From Camelus dromedarius (lineage: Eukaryota), in assembly GCF_036321535.1 (NCBI RefSeq), contig NC_087436.1:64110001-64174000 (forward strand): a stretch of DNA of 64,000 nucleotides, given 5' to 3'. The notes beneath the pieces are model-generated. The model ran no database searches and had not been told where the DNA came from. It saw nothing but the letters and a program-made list of their open reading frames with translations. Of the stretch, positions 49,401 to 63,376 are shown in pieces (the first letter of the stretch is position 1; each line of letters opens with the position of its first letter). A program made the translations under genes and the position numbers.

Positions 49401-49849
49401 TGAAGGGTTTTTATGATGCTTGGAGGGCTACAGTCCATTTCACTTCTGTGAGTCTAAGAGTTTTAGTTCTTATTTGTTATAGGAACTTCAGTATACTTCT
49501 GGCTTAAAGTTTCAACTTGGCTTAAACCTCTTGAGCCTGTCAGTTCTAAAATTATTAGACCCTTCATGACTGTTTACTTGTGTAGTTTTATATGTGTTGC
49601 ATGTGTGTGTGGTGGGGGTGGGCTAACCAGTGATAAACTATAGAATTATATAAATGTTTAATGGTGATAATGAAGACTTAGACTCTCTCCCCAGAGAAAT
49701 GCCATCTACATAAAATTTCCTTTCAACTTTGTTTATTTCTGCGTGATCCCTGAGGAGACCGTGTCTTCTGCATTGATTCTTCATACACCCGGGGTACCTC
49801 AGAGAAGTAAAAGGTGGGGGGGTCAGTATCTTGTTTACTTGCCATTTCC

Positions 49850-50340
49850 TCTCTCATACTTACCTTCTTTTTGTGACAAGCCAAGATTCTTTTGAAGCTC
49901 TTGCTGCTAGGTTTTACCACCTTCTTTCCTCTTGTTGCTGCCTTGACTGATCTCATCACTTTCTCATTCAGGGAACCTTCCAGTCAGTCTCGTGGCTCTC
50001 CTCTCACCTAACCCTTAACTTCAGTCATGGTTTTCATACAGCTCAGTTTTGAAGCCTAACCATCTCTTACAATGTTACCTATCTGCCATGATTATCCTAA
50101 ATCTTATCATGACCAGATATTTCAGCTTTCAAAACCACAGAAATCAGACCTACTTCTGACTACAGCCCTGTTCCTTCCAACCAGCTTTCTCAGGCACTCT
50201 CTTAGCATCAGCACCATTAAAGCATTGATTTTCGTCCTTATCCATGTTCGATTCCCCTGGATCATCATTTTTCTTACAGCCTTGTGCAGATACTCTTGAA
50301 AACCTTGCTCCTCTCTCTCCATCACACTAGCCTGGCAAGA
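49850..50340 (+). mobile_element. L2 ORF2 remnant (degenerate)
   Basis: C/T-rich tract ending ttgaaaaccttgctcctctctc, with L2-like composition and motifs. Confidence 0.4.
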
Positions 50341-50489
50341 TGCCATACCCTGTGTCAAAAATGATGTGTTGGAAGGACCCTGGCCACGCCAGGCGTTAGT
50401 CCTTGCTCTCATGCTGACTAGTGGTATAACCTTGGCAAGTCACTCCACTAATCTAGGCTATATAAATGGTGATGTTTGGAATAGATGAT

Positions 50490-50780
50490 CATTTTCTAAA
50501 ACATAATAAACAATAGACCCAGATGTTACATGTTAACAACAACAGAAAAAGAGTTCCACATTCGAATGCATTCGGCAAACACAGCATATTATTCCCTTTT
50601 ACAAATTCACAGTGCATAATAATATCTTAAAGGCTCTGAGAACTCCTATAGGGAGAAAAAAAGCAATTTAACATTATTCATTTCAGCATTTGTCAACTAT
50701 TTGACTATGGGACTTCACACACTTAACTCATACCCACAGAACTTGGGTTGCATTGAACACACTTTGAGGAATGTTGGGCC
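50490..50780. mobile_element. hAT-Charlie-type MER DNA transposon (subfamily uncertain)
   Basis: aaggctctgagaactcct...cagcatttgtcaactatttgactatgg...gaacacactttgaggaatgttgg. Confidence 0.55.
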
Positions 50781-53700
50781 AGATTATCTTTGGCATTATT
50801 TATTTATGATCTTTAATTTTATGATTCTGTACTTCATTTTATGTGCTTGTTCAGTCACTAAGCATATCTAGGATATTCAGCATCTTGGAAATTCAGTGAG
50901 ATGGATTTATGCTACATATCACTCACCAATAACAGTGCATTGACAGTGGTCCTTCTTTAGGAAGTGTTCTTTTGAGCTCAGCAGTATTTTATATGCTGTA
51001 TCAGAGAGAAAGAGAAACAATTCCTATGATTTATTAACTACAGTGTGGCAAGTAATCTTTATTCCACAGCCATCACTCATTGAAAATGAAGGTTTCTTTA
51101 AGACCTTCCTTCAAAGTCACTTAAATGAAAAAGTAGATACATTTGGAGGGAGAATTCATATATATAAGAATTGCCAATACTTGCTTTGCATAATTTAGTG
51201 ATTCTGATAGGTTGCTTGAGTAAGTACAAGTTAAACAGATGCATGCAAGTACAGGATTGTAAAGTTCAAAGGAAATGCAAACTTGATTAACAAAAGTCAC
51301 TGTCAGAGACTAATTGTAATTCTGCAGCATGTGAATCCTTGAAAAATGTCCCCTAAAAGGTCAGCCAAAAGTCCTGCTTCTGTCTGCTGTTCCCTTGAAG
51401 AGAATTTTCAAATTTAGATTTTTCTTGGCAGCATAAAAGACAAGAAAGCTATGAGACATTAAAAAAATCTTTTATAAGTTAAAACAACGTAAGATTGGTG
51501 AGAATGATAGTTGAGACTTTTCTGGTCATTAAGTAATAGAGATTTAGCCTTTAATTAAGTTAACTAAGGATACTACATGTGAATCAAAGCTCTAAGTTGT
51601 ATACGTCCCCTTATTTATTGTTTCCTATTTCATTGTCTTAAATTTATTTTTTTGATCACATACTTCTAAATTTGACCCTTTTCATTATTAAGTTAGCATA
51701 TTAAAGATTCATGAGGATGTTATTAGTTATGCATTTTAAAATAATTATGTTGGTTTTATTATAAATATAGGATATAATTCCCCAAGAGCATAGCAGAAAT
51801 AATGAATTAGTGCTTAGATATTTTTCAAGCTCTAGTGATTAAATGATTGCTTTAGTAGTGTAATTTTTCGACTCTACATAATTAATGACTCTGAATAAGC
51901 AATTAAATTATGTTTAATTTTGATAACTGTTATGATTAAATAATTACATATTTTGTTATTTCTAAAAATGAATTGTTTTCTTGGCTGTGATGTTTAGTTC
52001 TTACTTAATTTACTGATTTTTGTTTTATAGGAAACATTTTCTAAGTCAAACAAAAAGTCCATGACACAGCATGGCAAAATCTCTATATGTTTATTACACA
52101 AAGAAGAATAAAAACTGTGGTCTAAAATACAAGATCAGTTACAAATATTACTAACTGATTCACAAACTATACCAAGAGGATGGTCATTGATACTTTCTGA
52201 AAAGAAGTTCTTAGTGACATACTACACTTTTCTGTCTCTTTTGTCCTGTTATAAAATGTTCAACACTTCATTAATAACTTGAAGAGGATATCAAAGGCAG
52301 TTTCTGCAGATTTGCACACAGCACTTACCTGGTAGCAAAATATTACATTTTAGAAATAAATTCCAAAATTGGTCTATAAGGCTGTAAAATTTGCATGAGT
52401 TATAGAAGAAGTTTATGGCATCTTATTTTCTTCATGAAACCATCTGAGGAAATACTACATCATGATGAAGTGGGTTAGGAGCTGCTTTGTGGGGTAGGAC
52501 TGAGGAGTTTTTATTCATTTGTCAAACCTGAGGGCTGACCCAGGTTCAGCTGCTCCTGTGCCCCAAGGCACTTACAGTAACTGCTGGAATAGATATACAC
52601 ACATTCGTGATACTCAGTAGTAGAGGTGCTCTGTCAGAAGTAGCAGGTTTGCATAGAAACAGAATTAAAACCATTTTAACATAGGCATCACTTTGGAAGT
52701 TTGAGGTTTTAGTAACCTTACCACAATTTGACACTGCGGTGATGTCTTTAATGATAATTAATATTATCCAGAATAAGGCAGTTATATGTAGTACTGAAAG
52801 GAAAAAAGCTTAAGAATTAGGGCCATTCTTACAAATCCTAATTATGAAAAATTAACGGTGATGAAGAAGTTCCAGACCATATTATAGAAGAAATATTGAA
52901 AGACTATTTAGCCTAAGGAAGAGAGTACTTGGGGATATGACAGCTCTGTATTGATGCCTGCAGTTGCCATAATACATCTTTTTCCTATTCTGTGCCCTGC
53001 TGTAAGTGTCTAGAATATTTGTGAGAGTTAGTGCAACTTTCAGAATACCCTAAATTACAAACAGTGAGGGTATTAGGAATCTTAAAGCTTCTGCACTGGT
53101 ATGTGAAACTTCCTTAGATTGGTCATAAGGAGAATTGCTTTAAACTCATTATGTGCCTTTGATTACACCAGAGGGGATATTTCCAGCTTTAGAAAGAAAA
53201 ACATAAGTTATATTATATACGTATATGTACATATATAATTTATTTTCTTTCTACCAAGTAGGAAGAAGGTATATTCAACTTGATTCACCCTGGTAACTGA
53301 GTCACTTCCTAAAGCTGTGGGAAGGTGCATAAGCTCCTTCAGGCCAGGAGGTATCATTTAATGCATCCTCTAATTCATAGTGCCCATTGCCTTGTTAATA
53401 TACCAATGTGTATACAACCCACAACTACTTAGATTGGTGTTTTGAACTACAGTCCTATAGTATGATGCCTGAATTCACCAAAGCAACACCAGCCAGTGTA
53501 ATGTCTGCCTATGTTAACCTCCTGATTCATGTTTAAAGTCCCAGGGAGAGTAATGACTTGATTCAGATGAAAGGACCTATCACAGGTACTTGGAAATCTT
53601 GAATATTCTGTGAGAAAAAATGTTGAAGTTTTGTATTTGCAAAAACCAGAATCAAGAGGTGGTTTCAGTTTGCTCCATGGTATGTTTCTTCATTAACCCA

Positions 53701-55444
53701 TATTTTGTACATCTTATATATGGAGAGTTGGCAGTTATGTTATGGTAAAAAAAGTCAGCTTGAGATACTTGCTACAATATTGTTAGAAAGCTTCTATCTT
53801 TATTCTTTCTGTAGCTATCTAAATAGGCTATATTCAGAATTTTTCTTCTTATTTCTCAAAAGGACTCTGCTAGTGAATTATTCTACCCCTAATGGACCAT
53901 TTCTTGTCTCTCATTTATTACAGGCAGACAAGCTGACTTGTTAATATTTCATCATATAAAACTGCCGGAAAATACTCTTAGATAATTTTAGCACTTTTTT
54001 CTAAGCTTGTATTAAAAGCAAATATTATTGAGTAAATAGAAAATATGATTACCAAAGAGAAGAAACCAAATTAAATCAAATCCCCAACCCCAAAGACAGA
54101 CACTTTTTGTTCTTTTATGTACATCTGAATGTTTAAATCAAAATGATTATAAAATGATTATTTTCCTATATTTTGCATATATTTATATCACATAGTTTGA
54201 AATTGCCAGAAGGGTGATATTTGAATATGCATTGAGACATGTGTTAATCTTTTTATTAAAAAAAAAGTCAGAGCTTGCTCTTTCAACATTTTGTAATTAT
54301 TCTTTCCGGAGCACTTTAATGAGATCATGTAATAAATACTCTTTATTATTGCAAAGCAGAGTTATGGAAAAAAACATGGCATATTCAAATGAATATGCTA
54401 GTAGTACTGCCAGAATAAATGTATGTTCTTAAAATGTGTTAACAAAACTTATATTCTTTGGAACGTGGAAGCATAATTTTCAAATTAAACTTTTACAAGA
54501 CAGAATTAAGGCTATTTAATGGGGGAAAATAAATTTCTATAATACAGAAAGCTTAAATATGAGAGAAGGACTAGTCAAAGGTGTAAAATATGGTAGATAT
54601 AATAATGAATTTAAAAACCTTAGTAAATCATGACTGTGCCATTTTATTAGACATTGTTTCATAAACTGGAAGACCTGGCAATCTGATAAATCTGCCTTTT
54701 AATATTCAGTGGTTAATTTTTTAAATAAAGTATTCCTTTGTCTTCTACTGCAGTAGTTAGCTAAATCTGTCTTCAGGAATGTGGAAGTCTGCAGTCATGC
54801 CAAAGTAATAATACAAATGTAAGTACAAAATTCTGGACTTAAATCTAGAATTATTATTTTAACCAAGTTCTTGATATAATTTAAGAAGAGAATTTTGAAG
54901 CAAAGGTGGATGGGTTGGGAGGTTAGTCATTTAAGATATATACATTTCATTTATCTGCCTTAAAATATTTATCTTATTTCTGTAAGGGGTGATGATGATT
55001 GAACGCTAAGAAAATAAAGTTTTTATCAGAAGTTTCGAGTTTCATGTATATAATGGCAGTGCTATATTTAAAAATAACAGAACATTTTGAATCTTATGAA
55101 GTAGTGAAACTTGATGAATAAACAGGCTTTTATTTTGGTATTTAGAGATGTGTTCCATCAATATGTGGATTCCTTTCTTCTATTCTCTGAATAGCAGAAA
55201 ACAGTAACAATTTACAAATATTTTCATTCTGTGGAGAAACATTTATGATACGTTTTTACTTGAAAGGTAATTAAGCATTTGGTTATTGCTTTTCTTTGAG
55301 TGATTAAAGAAAATACAACACAACGATAATAACCTATGGTTATTTTAGCCATAAATCTCTTCCTCTTCCCAATGTGCTTCGCCACGATTCTCTATATTCT
55401 ATTTATATTACGCTCACCATACTATAAGATGTAGTGTCCCTTTA

Positions 55445-55635
55445 TAAAGTTTGATCAAATCCAGTCTCCTTGCTGCATCTCACATAAGGCTGCAATGACC
55501 TAACCTCTTTTACCTTCTGTTAAATGGCATAGTATCAGTACTTGTCTTATAGTTTGTAGTGAGAATCAATGAAACAGTGCTTAACAAGTATGAGTACATT
55601 TATATAAATTCAAAAATGTTAGATATCATTATTTT
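55445..55635 (+). mobile_element. MIR SINE (degenerate)
   Basis: tcaaatccagtctc...cagtacttgtcttatagtttgtagtgagaatcaatga...gtgcttaaca. Confidence 0.55.
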
Positions 55636-57974
55636 CCATTAAACTATGAGGTCCATAGGGCTTTGTTCTCTGTAATACTTATCCATGGCTCCTAAAATTG
55701 TGCCTTCCCATAGTTGATATTTGTTAAATGAATCAGTAAATAAATGATTGAATGCTTTGTAGATTTTTACACTTACCTTGCTCCTACTTGTTTTTGAGTT
55801 AGCCATTGAAAATATAAAAACATGCATTCCTTCTTTCATTTATGCTACAAATATTTATTGAGTAATCACTCAGAACAAGGATGCTCTCTGAAATTGTTAG
55901 TAGGTTAGGATACATTTAGTTAAAGGGTCATTATTTTCACAAATATATGCTGAGTACTTCTTCTAGGTATGGGCCAGGTGTTGTAGAGAATGTTTCAGAA
56001 GGGACTCAGATTGGAAGCAGGGAAATGAGTTCAAACATAATACTGATAACAACCAGAGGAAATTATTTGAGATCTGACATCCATGGAGCAGGAATCCATA
56101 CATGTAATATTTTTAGCTAATACAGCCCTTATTTTCCTTTTTGGATGTTGAATTCTATTCTGAAGAGTAATTATGAAGTAGAGGGTATAGTTTTTATGAA
56201 AAGGTATGCCTTCCCCCAAATATTCTCATAGAGTATTTCCTTTCTGCCTAGGCAAATTTAGACCTTCACAATAACTGTACTGTTAGAAGTATAAAATTAA
56301 AAGCAGTGATGCAGTGTCCTTTCTGTTATTCATCATTACTGCTTCTGTCCATTCAGGCATCCGATGATTTGAGTGATAAAGTTATGAATTGAAAATATTC
56401 AATGCCCGTTACTTCCCAGGCTTGTAGTTCAACATAACTGGAAAGGACCTGAGTCTCTCCATCACTTTGACTCCAGGTTTACAAATCCCAAGAGAGGAAT
56501 CTGAGGTCTAGTTACCTGTAGCTTAGGGAGACTGGCCCTAGCACTTCTGAGATGAAGGAATTTGCTGATGTTTTGGACAAAGTGGTCCAGGTGATCTAAG
56601 CAGTCATTTATTTGTCTCCTGTTTTGAATAAGTAAATAAGTCTGCATATATGTCTATATATACAAGCAAACATTATTCATACATGCATATATTTATATGT
56701 GTACAAACGTATGTATGTGTATATATGTGATATGTGTGTATAGCTCTATACATATACATGTATAAAAATGTATTACACTGTGCCACTTTACTAAATTTCT
56801 ATTTCTAATGTACTTTATGTTATGAATTGTTTCCACAGTAAACCTGGTAAAAAGCCCATTTAGTTGTTTAGAGATTTATATATATGTGGATTAAAAAAGA
56901 TCAATGACCATTAGTATGTTGTCTGTTGCATCCCAAGGGGGTGTCTCAATAGGTAGCTTTACCTTTCAAACTGTTTTTGTATAAACGCCTATTTTAATTT
57001 ACTTATGTATTTTTTAATCATTTTTGTATAATTATCTAAGTTAGTTACTGGCAACTTTGAGGATAAAAGGGAAGCAACTTATTTTGTTTTTCCATACATT
57101 ATTTTAATGTTTACATTTAGGTTTTGATATTAAATTTGTTAAAAGATAATAGGTAAGGAAGAATTTGACCTGTGACATTACTGGATGTGATTAGTGAGGG
57201 TTACAAAATTTAAGTTGTAGGTAAAAATATGAACCTTCCAATTCTGTTTTGAGAAGTTGTGGTTCCTTTGGCAGGTTTATTGAAAGAAGTGGAAACCTTG
57301 GAAAATTTTGAAAAGTATTTATGATTAGATTAAGAAGTATGAACAAAATTTTGTATAGTTTAAAAATAATTGGTGGCTGTGGTGTATTAATAGTTAAAAT
57401 TAACATAGGAAAGATGTAACTTAAAAATGTATCACAATGGGAGAAGTTCTCTTCTAGATTAAAGCATCATTAAGAACTATTATTTAAATACTGGATGTAA
57501 ACCATTATTTGTTCCTTTTTGAAAAAATCAGCAAGTAAACCATGATAAATTGGATAGTGGGTGATATTAAATAGTGATTGTTAAATCAGGTGTGAAAGTA
57601 GAGTAGTGGTTAAATAGAAAACATTCTCATTTTTTAGTAATTGGAAATGAAAGGCATTTTGTGTATAGTTAATTTGAAAATAGTTCAGCCTCCACCCACC
57701 ATCGCAAAAGAGATGAAGTGGGAAGATATTTAGCAGTTTCCAAAATGTAGATGATGGGTATAAGTGTGTGCTTTGCCTTTTTCTCTTTACTTTTCTGATT
57801 GGAATTAGTTTTTTGTGAAGTAATAAAGTTTATCACTATGGTTCTCTACTTTTCTTTCTAATACCACAAATGGGTTTAATAGCCCCATTTTTATTGTCTG
57901 GATAAAACCTACTCCCAGCCATATTTTGTATTTTTGTCTCTCTTCTTTTCTCTCAGAAACATATACCATATAAA

Positions 57975-58240
57975 TAATAACTGTAATACCACATATTTAT
58001 TGTTGCTTGCTGTTTGCCGTGTAGGGTCTAAGTGATTGACTTCTGGGAAACCTTTGAATCCTCACAGCGAGCCTATGATTTAAGTAATGGCGTATTGCCT
58101 TTTCATAGGGGAACAAACTGAGGTATAGAGAAGTCAAGTGGCTTGTCTTTGATCTCACAACTAGTCATTGGAGTACTGGGGATGGGATCCTTGGCTGTCT
58201 GTCTACATTGCTCATGCTACTAACCACTGCACTATGCTGC
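57975..58240 (-). mobile_element. MIR SINE
   Basis: tttgaatcctcacagcgagcctatg...caaactgaggtatagagaagtcaagtggcttgtc...tcacaactagt...taaccactgcactatgctgc. Confidence 0.85.
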
Positions 58241-61200
58241 TTCTGTAGAATCATTTATTCCAAGTACTTGGATGTTCCAAGTATTACAGTACATATACCA
58301 AATTACAATATAAAATGGACTGAAACAAAATCTTCCAAGCAAAAATTATGTTCAGAGGAATATAAATAATTATAGAAATGAAGGAAGGGTTAATTTGAGA
58401 AGAAACTGTAATGGCTGAGATTGTTTATTTGGGAAATAAAGCATGATGGCATATATTACAGACTTTATAATAAAGTCCGCTCTTCCCCGAAGTTGGTAAG
58501 ACTTTTCTTGATGCTTTAGTGACCCAAATAAAATTCAAACTTTGAACTCTGACTCAATAAGCTATTGTAAGATATATAAAATTTTCAAAATTATTAATCA
58601 GGAATGTGAATGATCTACCCATTACCTCTGGGTTCAGAGAGGCCAGGACAGTGGGTTCTGAAGAAATTAGCATGATTTATTAGTAGTTCCAAGTCGTATT
58701 CATTTCAATTTATCAGCACGACCTTGCTAAGACTCTTTAAAAAGCTTCCAGTGTTCACCTTGAGTCTCTGTTCTGCTTTGGTTTGAACAGTGGTATAGTT
58801 TTATGGCCTTTTTTCTCTTTTCAGTTTATACTTGCTAGAGCAGGTCAGTCTCTGGTTTCAACTTTTCCTTCTGTCACAGTCTGAATTGATCAGAATATTT
58901 AAGGTCAATGGACCAGAATAATTTGTCCTTGGCCCTTTCTGGAGTTTCTTAGAAGTAAAGATATAAAGACTAGATTCATTTTTTAAAAATAGGAGCATAG
59001 AAGTCTCCTTTCTGTTACCAATTCTTTAAAGGCCTGATGGGTAATATCAGACAAGACATGTAACTAGGTAAGTTTTGACGTTCTCATCTGAAAATTTGGT
59101 AAGATGAAATCTAACCTGTTTACTATTCAGAAAAGTAAAATCAAGTAAGATAAAACATTTTCTTAAGCTACAAATGGATCCCACATCTGTGTGCATTATA
59201 TTATTATTATAATTGATTCTTATTAATATTCCTGTATTAATTTTAAGCCTCTTCCAAAAAGACTTCCTTTCAAGGATATGCATTTTGCTCTTAGAATATA
59301 TATATATATATTCTGTATCTGTAACATATATTTTTTGATAATTTTGTAATCCTTAAATAATCATGAGGCGTTATTCACCACACAGAAATTGAGATGGCTC
59401 CTATTACAGAAGCACAGCGATTGTGCTTGGTTTAAAAGCATTTCCTAAGTCCTCAGATAAAGAAGGTACATATCAAAATCTGGACACCCCCGGTGGTAAA
59501 ATAGAAAGGTAATAGGTAGGTAATATCTTTAGAAAAGTGGTAATTTGAAAATTAAATTGGGTGTTTTTAATTGGTGGATGGCATGCAGCTGAGCTCTTTG
59601 TGGCCATGTCTATCTGGACAAAATGTGCCTTGGCAGTCAGCGCAGACACTGGCCCACTCTCCTTAGGATATGTATGTATCTATGTAGTTTTTTGGTTGCT
59701 GGCCATTTCACCTATGAGTACCTAGCAGAGAAGAAAAGGAATGACACATTTTTAATAAATGTTGGTTAAATGAGTGAAGAATAAATTCCACAAGTTTTTG
59801 TTTCAAGGGTAGTCCTTTGGCTTCAGAGATAATGTTCATAGTGATATTCAAGTTTTGATGTGTAATCCTGAGTCTGTTAATGTGGTATTAATTTGTTTCT
59901 TTTTTAAAATTAGTAGTAATAATAATTTAATGATTCATTTTTTATTAGATCCACACAAAGATCTGTATACAGATGCTATTTCTGTAGGAAAGCTTTGATA
60001 CTAGATCCTCATATGTAGAATGTGATATTTACAACTGGTGAATAGAGGACGTTATACACTTTTGACCACAATTTTGTTTCTTTTATCTGTGATAAATTCA
60101 TTTTCTTTTCTCTAAAAATAGAAGAACATTTGGCACTCCTTAGGCAGATTACCCACCTATTAATATTCTCATTGATATGTAGGTAGATTTCTGCATTCCG
60201 AAACAATGATGTTGGAAACAAGTGCATTTAAGCCCCAAGAAATATTTTAAGTAGAATTTTCCTCTGCAAGATACTTAAGACTACATCAAATGTACTGTGT
60301 TCTGGCACCTCATTAGTGAAATGGTACATTGTTTCTGTTAATACAGTAAAAATGATTCCACACAGTAAGAGGAAGAATCCAAGATTATTTTTCTTCAAAG
60401 AGGAAAAAAATTCAGTTATGTAACTAATGACCATATACAGTAGCTTTTTTCATTTCCATAATTCTAATCATAGTTTTTATTCCATTTTGCAAGCATTTGT
60501 AGTACTCTAGTGAAGCAAACACAATTCATTCCATGTGATATTTGACAAGGTCACTGCATTAAATAGCTTCTTCAATTTTTGCTTCTTAATTTTCTTTGCT
60601 TAGTTTCAGTTTAAATTAAAAACAAACATTAAAATTTTCCTTGCAGTTTCTCTTCGTAAATAAAATGGCTTGCAAATGCATTTTATCATTAATCGTTAAG
60701 AAAGAAAAAGATAAGCGTGAAAAAACAACCAATTAAAGTACCATGACTGCAAAGGCTTGCCCTGAAAAGTTCTGTATTTTTCTGTTTGAAGCAGTTGGTG
60801 AGAACATTGGGCACTTTTTCCTCCCTGAACACTTTAAACTGAATCTGAACTTACTCATTGGTATTTGGCAACTTGCTATTACACTTTTGACAAAATATAG
60901 TAGTTTATATGTATTTTTTCAATAAAATGTTAGTGAGATTATATGTGCAAAGTGATTTAATCAGTCAATTAAAGTGGCATTGATTTTAAACATTGTCATC
61001 ACACATTCAGTTCGTTACCCACTGGCATTAGGGAATTTTAAAGTTTATTTTATCATGTTGCTCTGGGGAAAGTAATGACCCATAGCTGCCTTTTGTCAAA
61101 TAATTACGTTTTCTGATTTTACAATATGAGTATACTAAATTAACTGCTTATTAAAGGTTAGTATATATTTCTCTTTGTATATGAGGTTAATTAAAACAGT

Positions 61201-61974
61201 AGTATGAAATAAGAAAGCTTTTTTAAGGGCATGACTTTTGGTATAATTAGAATTAAAGCAGTAGAATTTTTTGAGTTAAACTGAATGATAATAGTAGAGC
61301 ATGTTGCTGTTTTTCTGTTATCATATTAATGCATTTCTGTTAAGGAGCAAATAAGAAAAGAGGAAAATGAGAAATTTTGATTTACGAGGTCACCAATTTT
61401 TAAAATATTCAATATATTTTATTTTATCCTTTTTATAGCTACTTTTGAAACAACTTTAATAACTACATATTATATCTACCTTGGTTTCCTGCTTTATTTG
61501 GTTCACATTGTATTATAATTCTTAAGACTGTTTTACACTTTTCCTATTGAGAATGGTTTCATTTAAGCATCAAGACCCACATTTTTCATAGCTATGTAGC
61601 ATTAGTACCTGGGGAGCCTCTTGGTGAATATACACAGTTATAACAGTTTTCAGATAAATGTGAAAGTTGTTTAAAATCAAAAAACACCGATCTGTTTGGG
61701 GAAAAGCAAAAATGAATGAAGAACCCAAAGAAATGATACTTAATATGTGCAAAATAGAACATTTCTATGACAAAAATTAAAATAAATCAGAAGCAGTTAC
61801 TTACAAATGATATGTGAAGGAAACTTCAAGGTTTAAAGAAGAATATGGCCCAGTGGTTAAGGTACAGACTTTAGAACCAGAATGACCGATTACGGACAAT
61901 TAGCTTCGGCATTCTCACAGGGCATTATAAGTCGTTGCGGTGATGAAAAGGGCTAGTAGAACTGTCCTGCTTCA

Positions 61975-63376
61975 TCCTCTTTTAAACCCATTTCCATGTG
62001 GCTCTAATCCTGACTATTCTGCCAGAACACTGTTTCAGTATTCATGTTGTTAAATTGAGAGATAAATTCTAAGTTCTCATCTTACTTGATCTTTGATGCA
62101 GTTCATCTCTCCTCCTTGAAACACTTTTTTCAGCTATCTTCCAGGTCATCCCATTTTCCTAGTTTCCCTTGTATTTTTCTGCCATCTCCCTCAGTTTTCT
62201 TCAGTGGTTTCTTTTCATCCTCCGCAGTGTATAAATCTTGGAGATCCTCAGTCGTTGCTTCTTTTCTGTCTTCTGTTTACATTCACTCCCCTGGTGATCT
62301 TTTAGTTTAGCATTCAATATTATCTAAATCCTGATTACTCTTGAATTTTATCTCTAGCTCAAACATTTACACCAGCTCTAGGCTCAGATATGTGGCTACT
62401 TTCTCAAATATCTCCACTAAGATTTTTATTATATATCTCCAGCTTAATATATCCCAAACTAAACTTTCTTTCTTTCTTCACACCTAAAATGAATTTTTCT
62501 GAAGCCTTTTACAGTCTCAAAAATGGTGACACTTTACTTGCAGTTGCAAAAGTAAAAAACATTGACTTTTCTGTCTCTCATACTTCATAGGCAATTCACA
62601 GCCAAATCCTATTGGTTCTGCCTTATTTACAATTGAGAATCCTTCCACTTCTCACTGATTTCACTGCCACCACCTTGTAACCAAGTCAGCCTCCTCACTC
62701 ACTTGGATTATTGTCATTTTTCTAGCTCATCCACCTGGCTCCCTATAATCTGGTCTCAACACAACATCCAGAGTCATCTTTTAAAAATATAAGTCATACC
62801 ATTTTCCTCCTCTGCTCAGACTGTTAGAGAGGTATTTTACCTCACTGGGTACAAGCCAGAGTATGGGTAATAGCCTACACAGTCCCACCAGAATTAGTAT
62901 GGAGGTCTCCCCGCCACTCAGCTGTCTGGTCCCTCCTGCCATTCTGCCCTCAGTCAGGCTGCTGCAGCCTTTTAGCCTTCCTGCTGGTATTTAAATGTCC
63001 TTTTTAGCTCTTGCCTGAGGGCCTTTGTACTTGTTCCCTCTGCCTAGAATGCTCTTGCTGTAGATACCCACGTAGCTTGCTGCCTTGGTTCCTTCAGGTC
63101 TTGTACTCAGATGTCATCTTCTCAGTGAAGGATTCTTTCATCATACTGTCGAAAAATGTGAAATCTTTAACCCCTCCACCCCCCAACTTTTTTTTTAATC
63201 ACAGCACACTGTGAAACATACCCTGTACTTTACTTATGTTTTGTTTTTGTTTCATGGAGTTAGGAATATTGGTTTTGTTCATTACTATATTCTCATTACC
63301 TAGAAAAGATGCCTAGAACATAGGAAAAGCTCAGTACATGTGCTGAATTCATTAAATATTTTTTGAATGAATGAAC
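61975..63376 (+). mobile_element. L2 (L2a-like) 3' ~1.4 kb
   Basis: cttcagtggtttc, cattcactcccctggtgatct, gagggcctttgtacttgttccctctgcctagaatgctctt, ttctcagtgaagga, ending gcctagaacataggaaaagctcag...ttgaatgaatgaa. Confidence 0.88.

Noticed and set aside
58259..58272. 14-bp perfect palindrome TCCAAGTACTTGGA (a similar one lies near 59961)
   Set aside because: A few palindromes of this length are expected by chance in 64 kb
58825..58843. 19-nt microexon (tttcag|...GCAG|gtcagt)
   Set aside because: Plausible sites but no further support; weaker than the 21.2-kb candidate
61885..61970. NUMT (short resemblance to 12S rRNA GTGAGAATGCC on the minus strand)
   Set aside because: The match is only ~11 nt and I could not extend it
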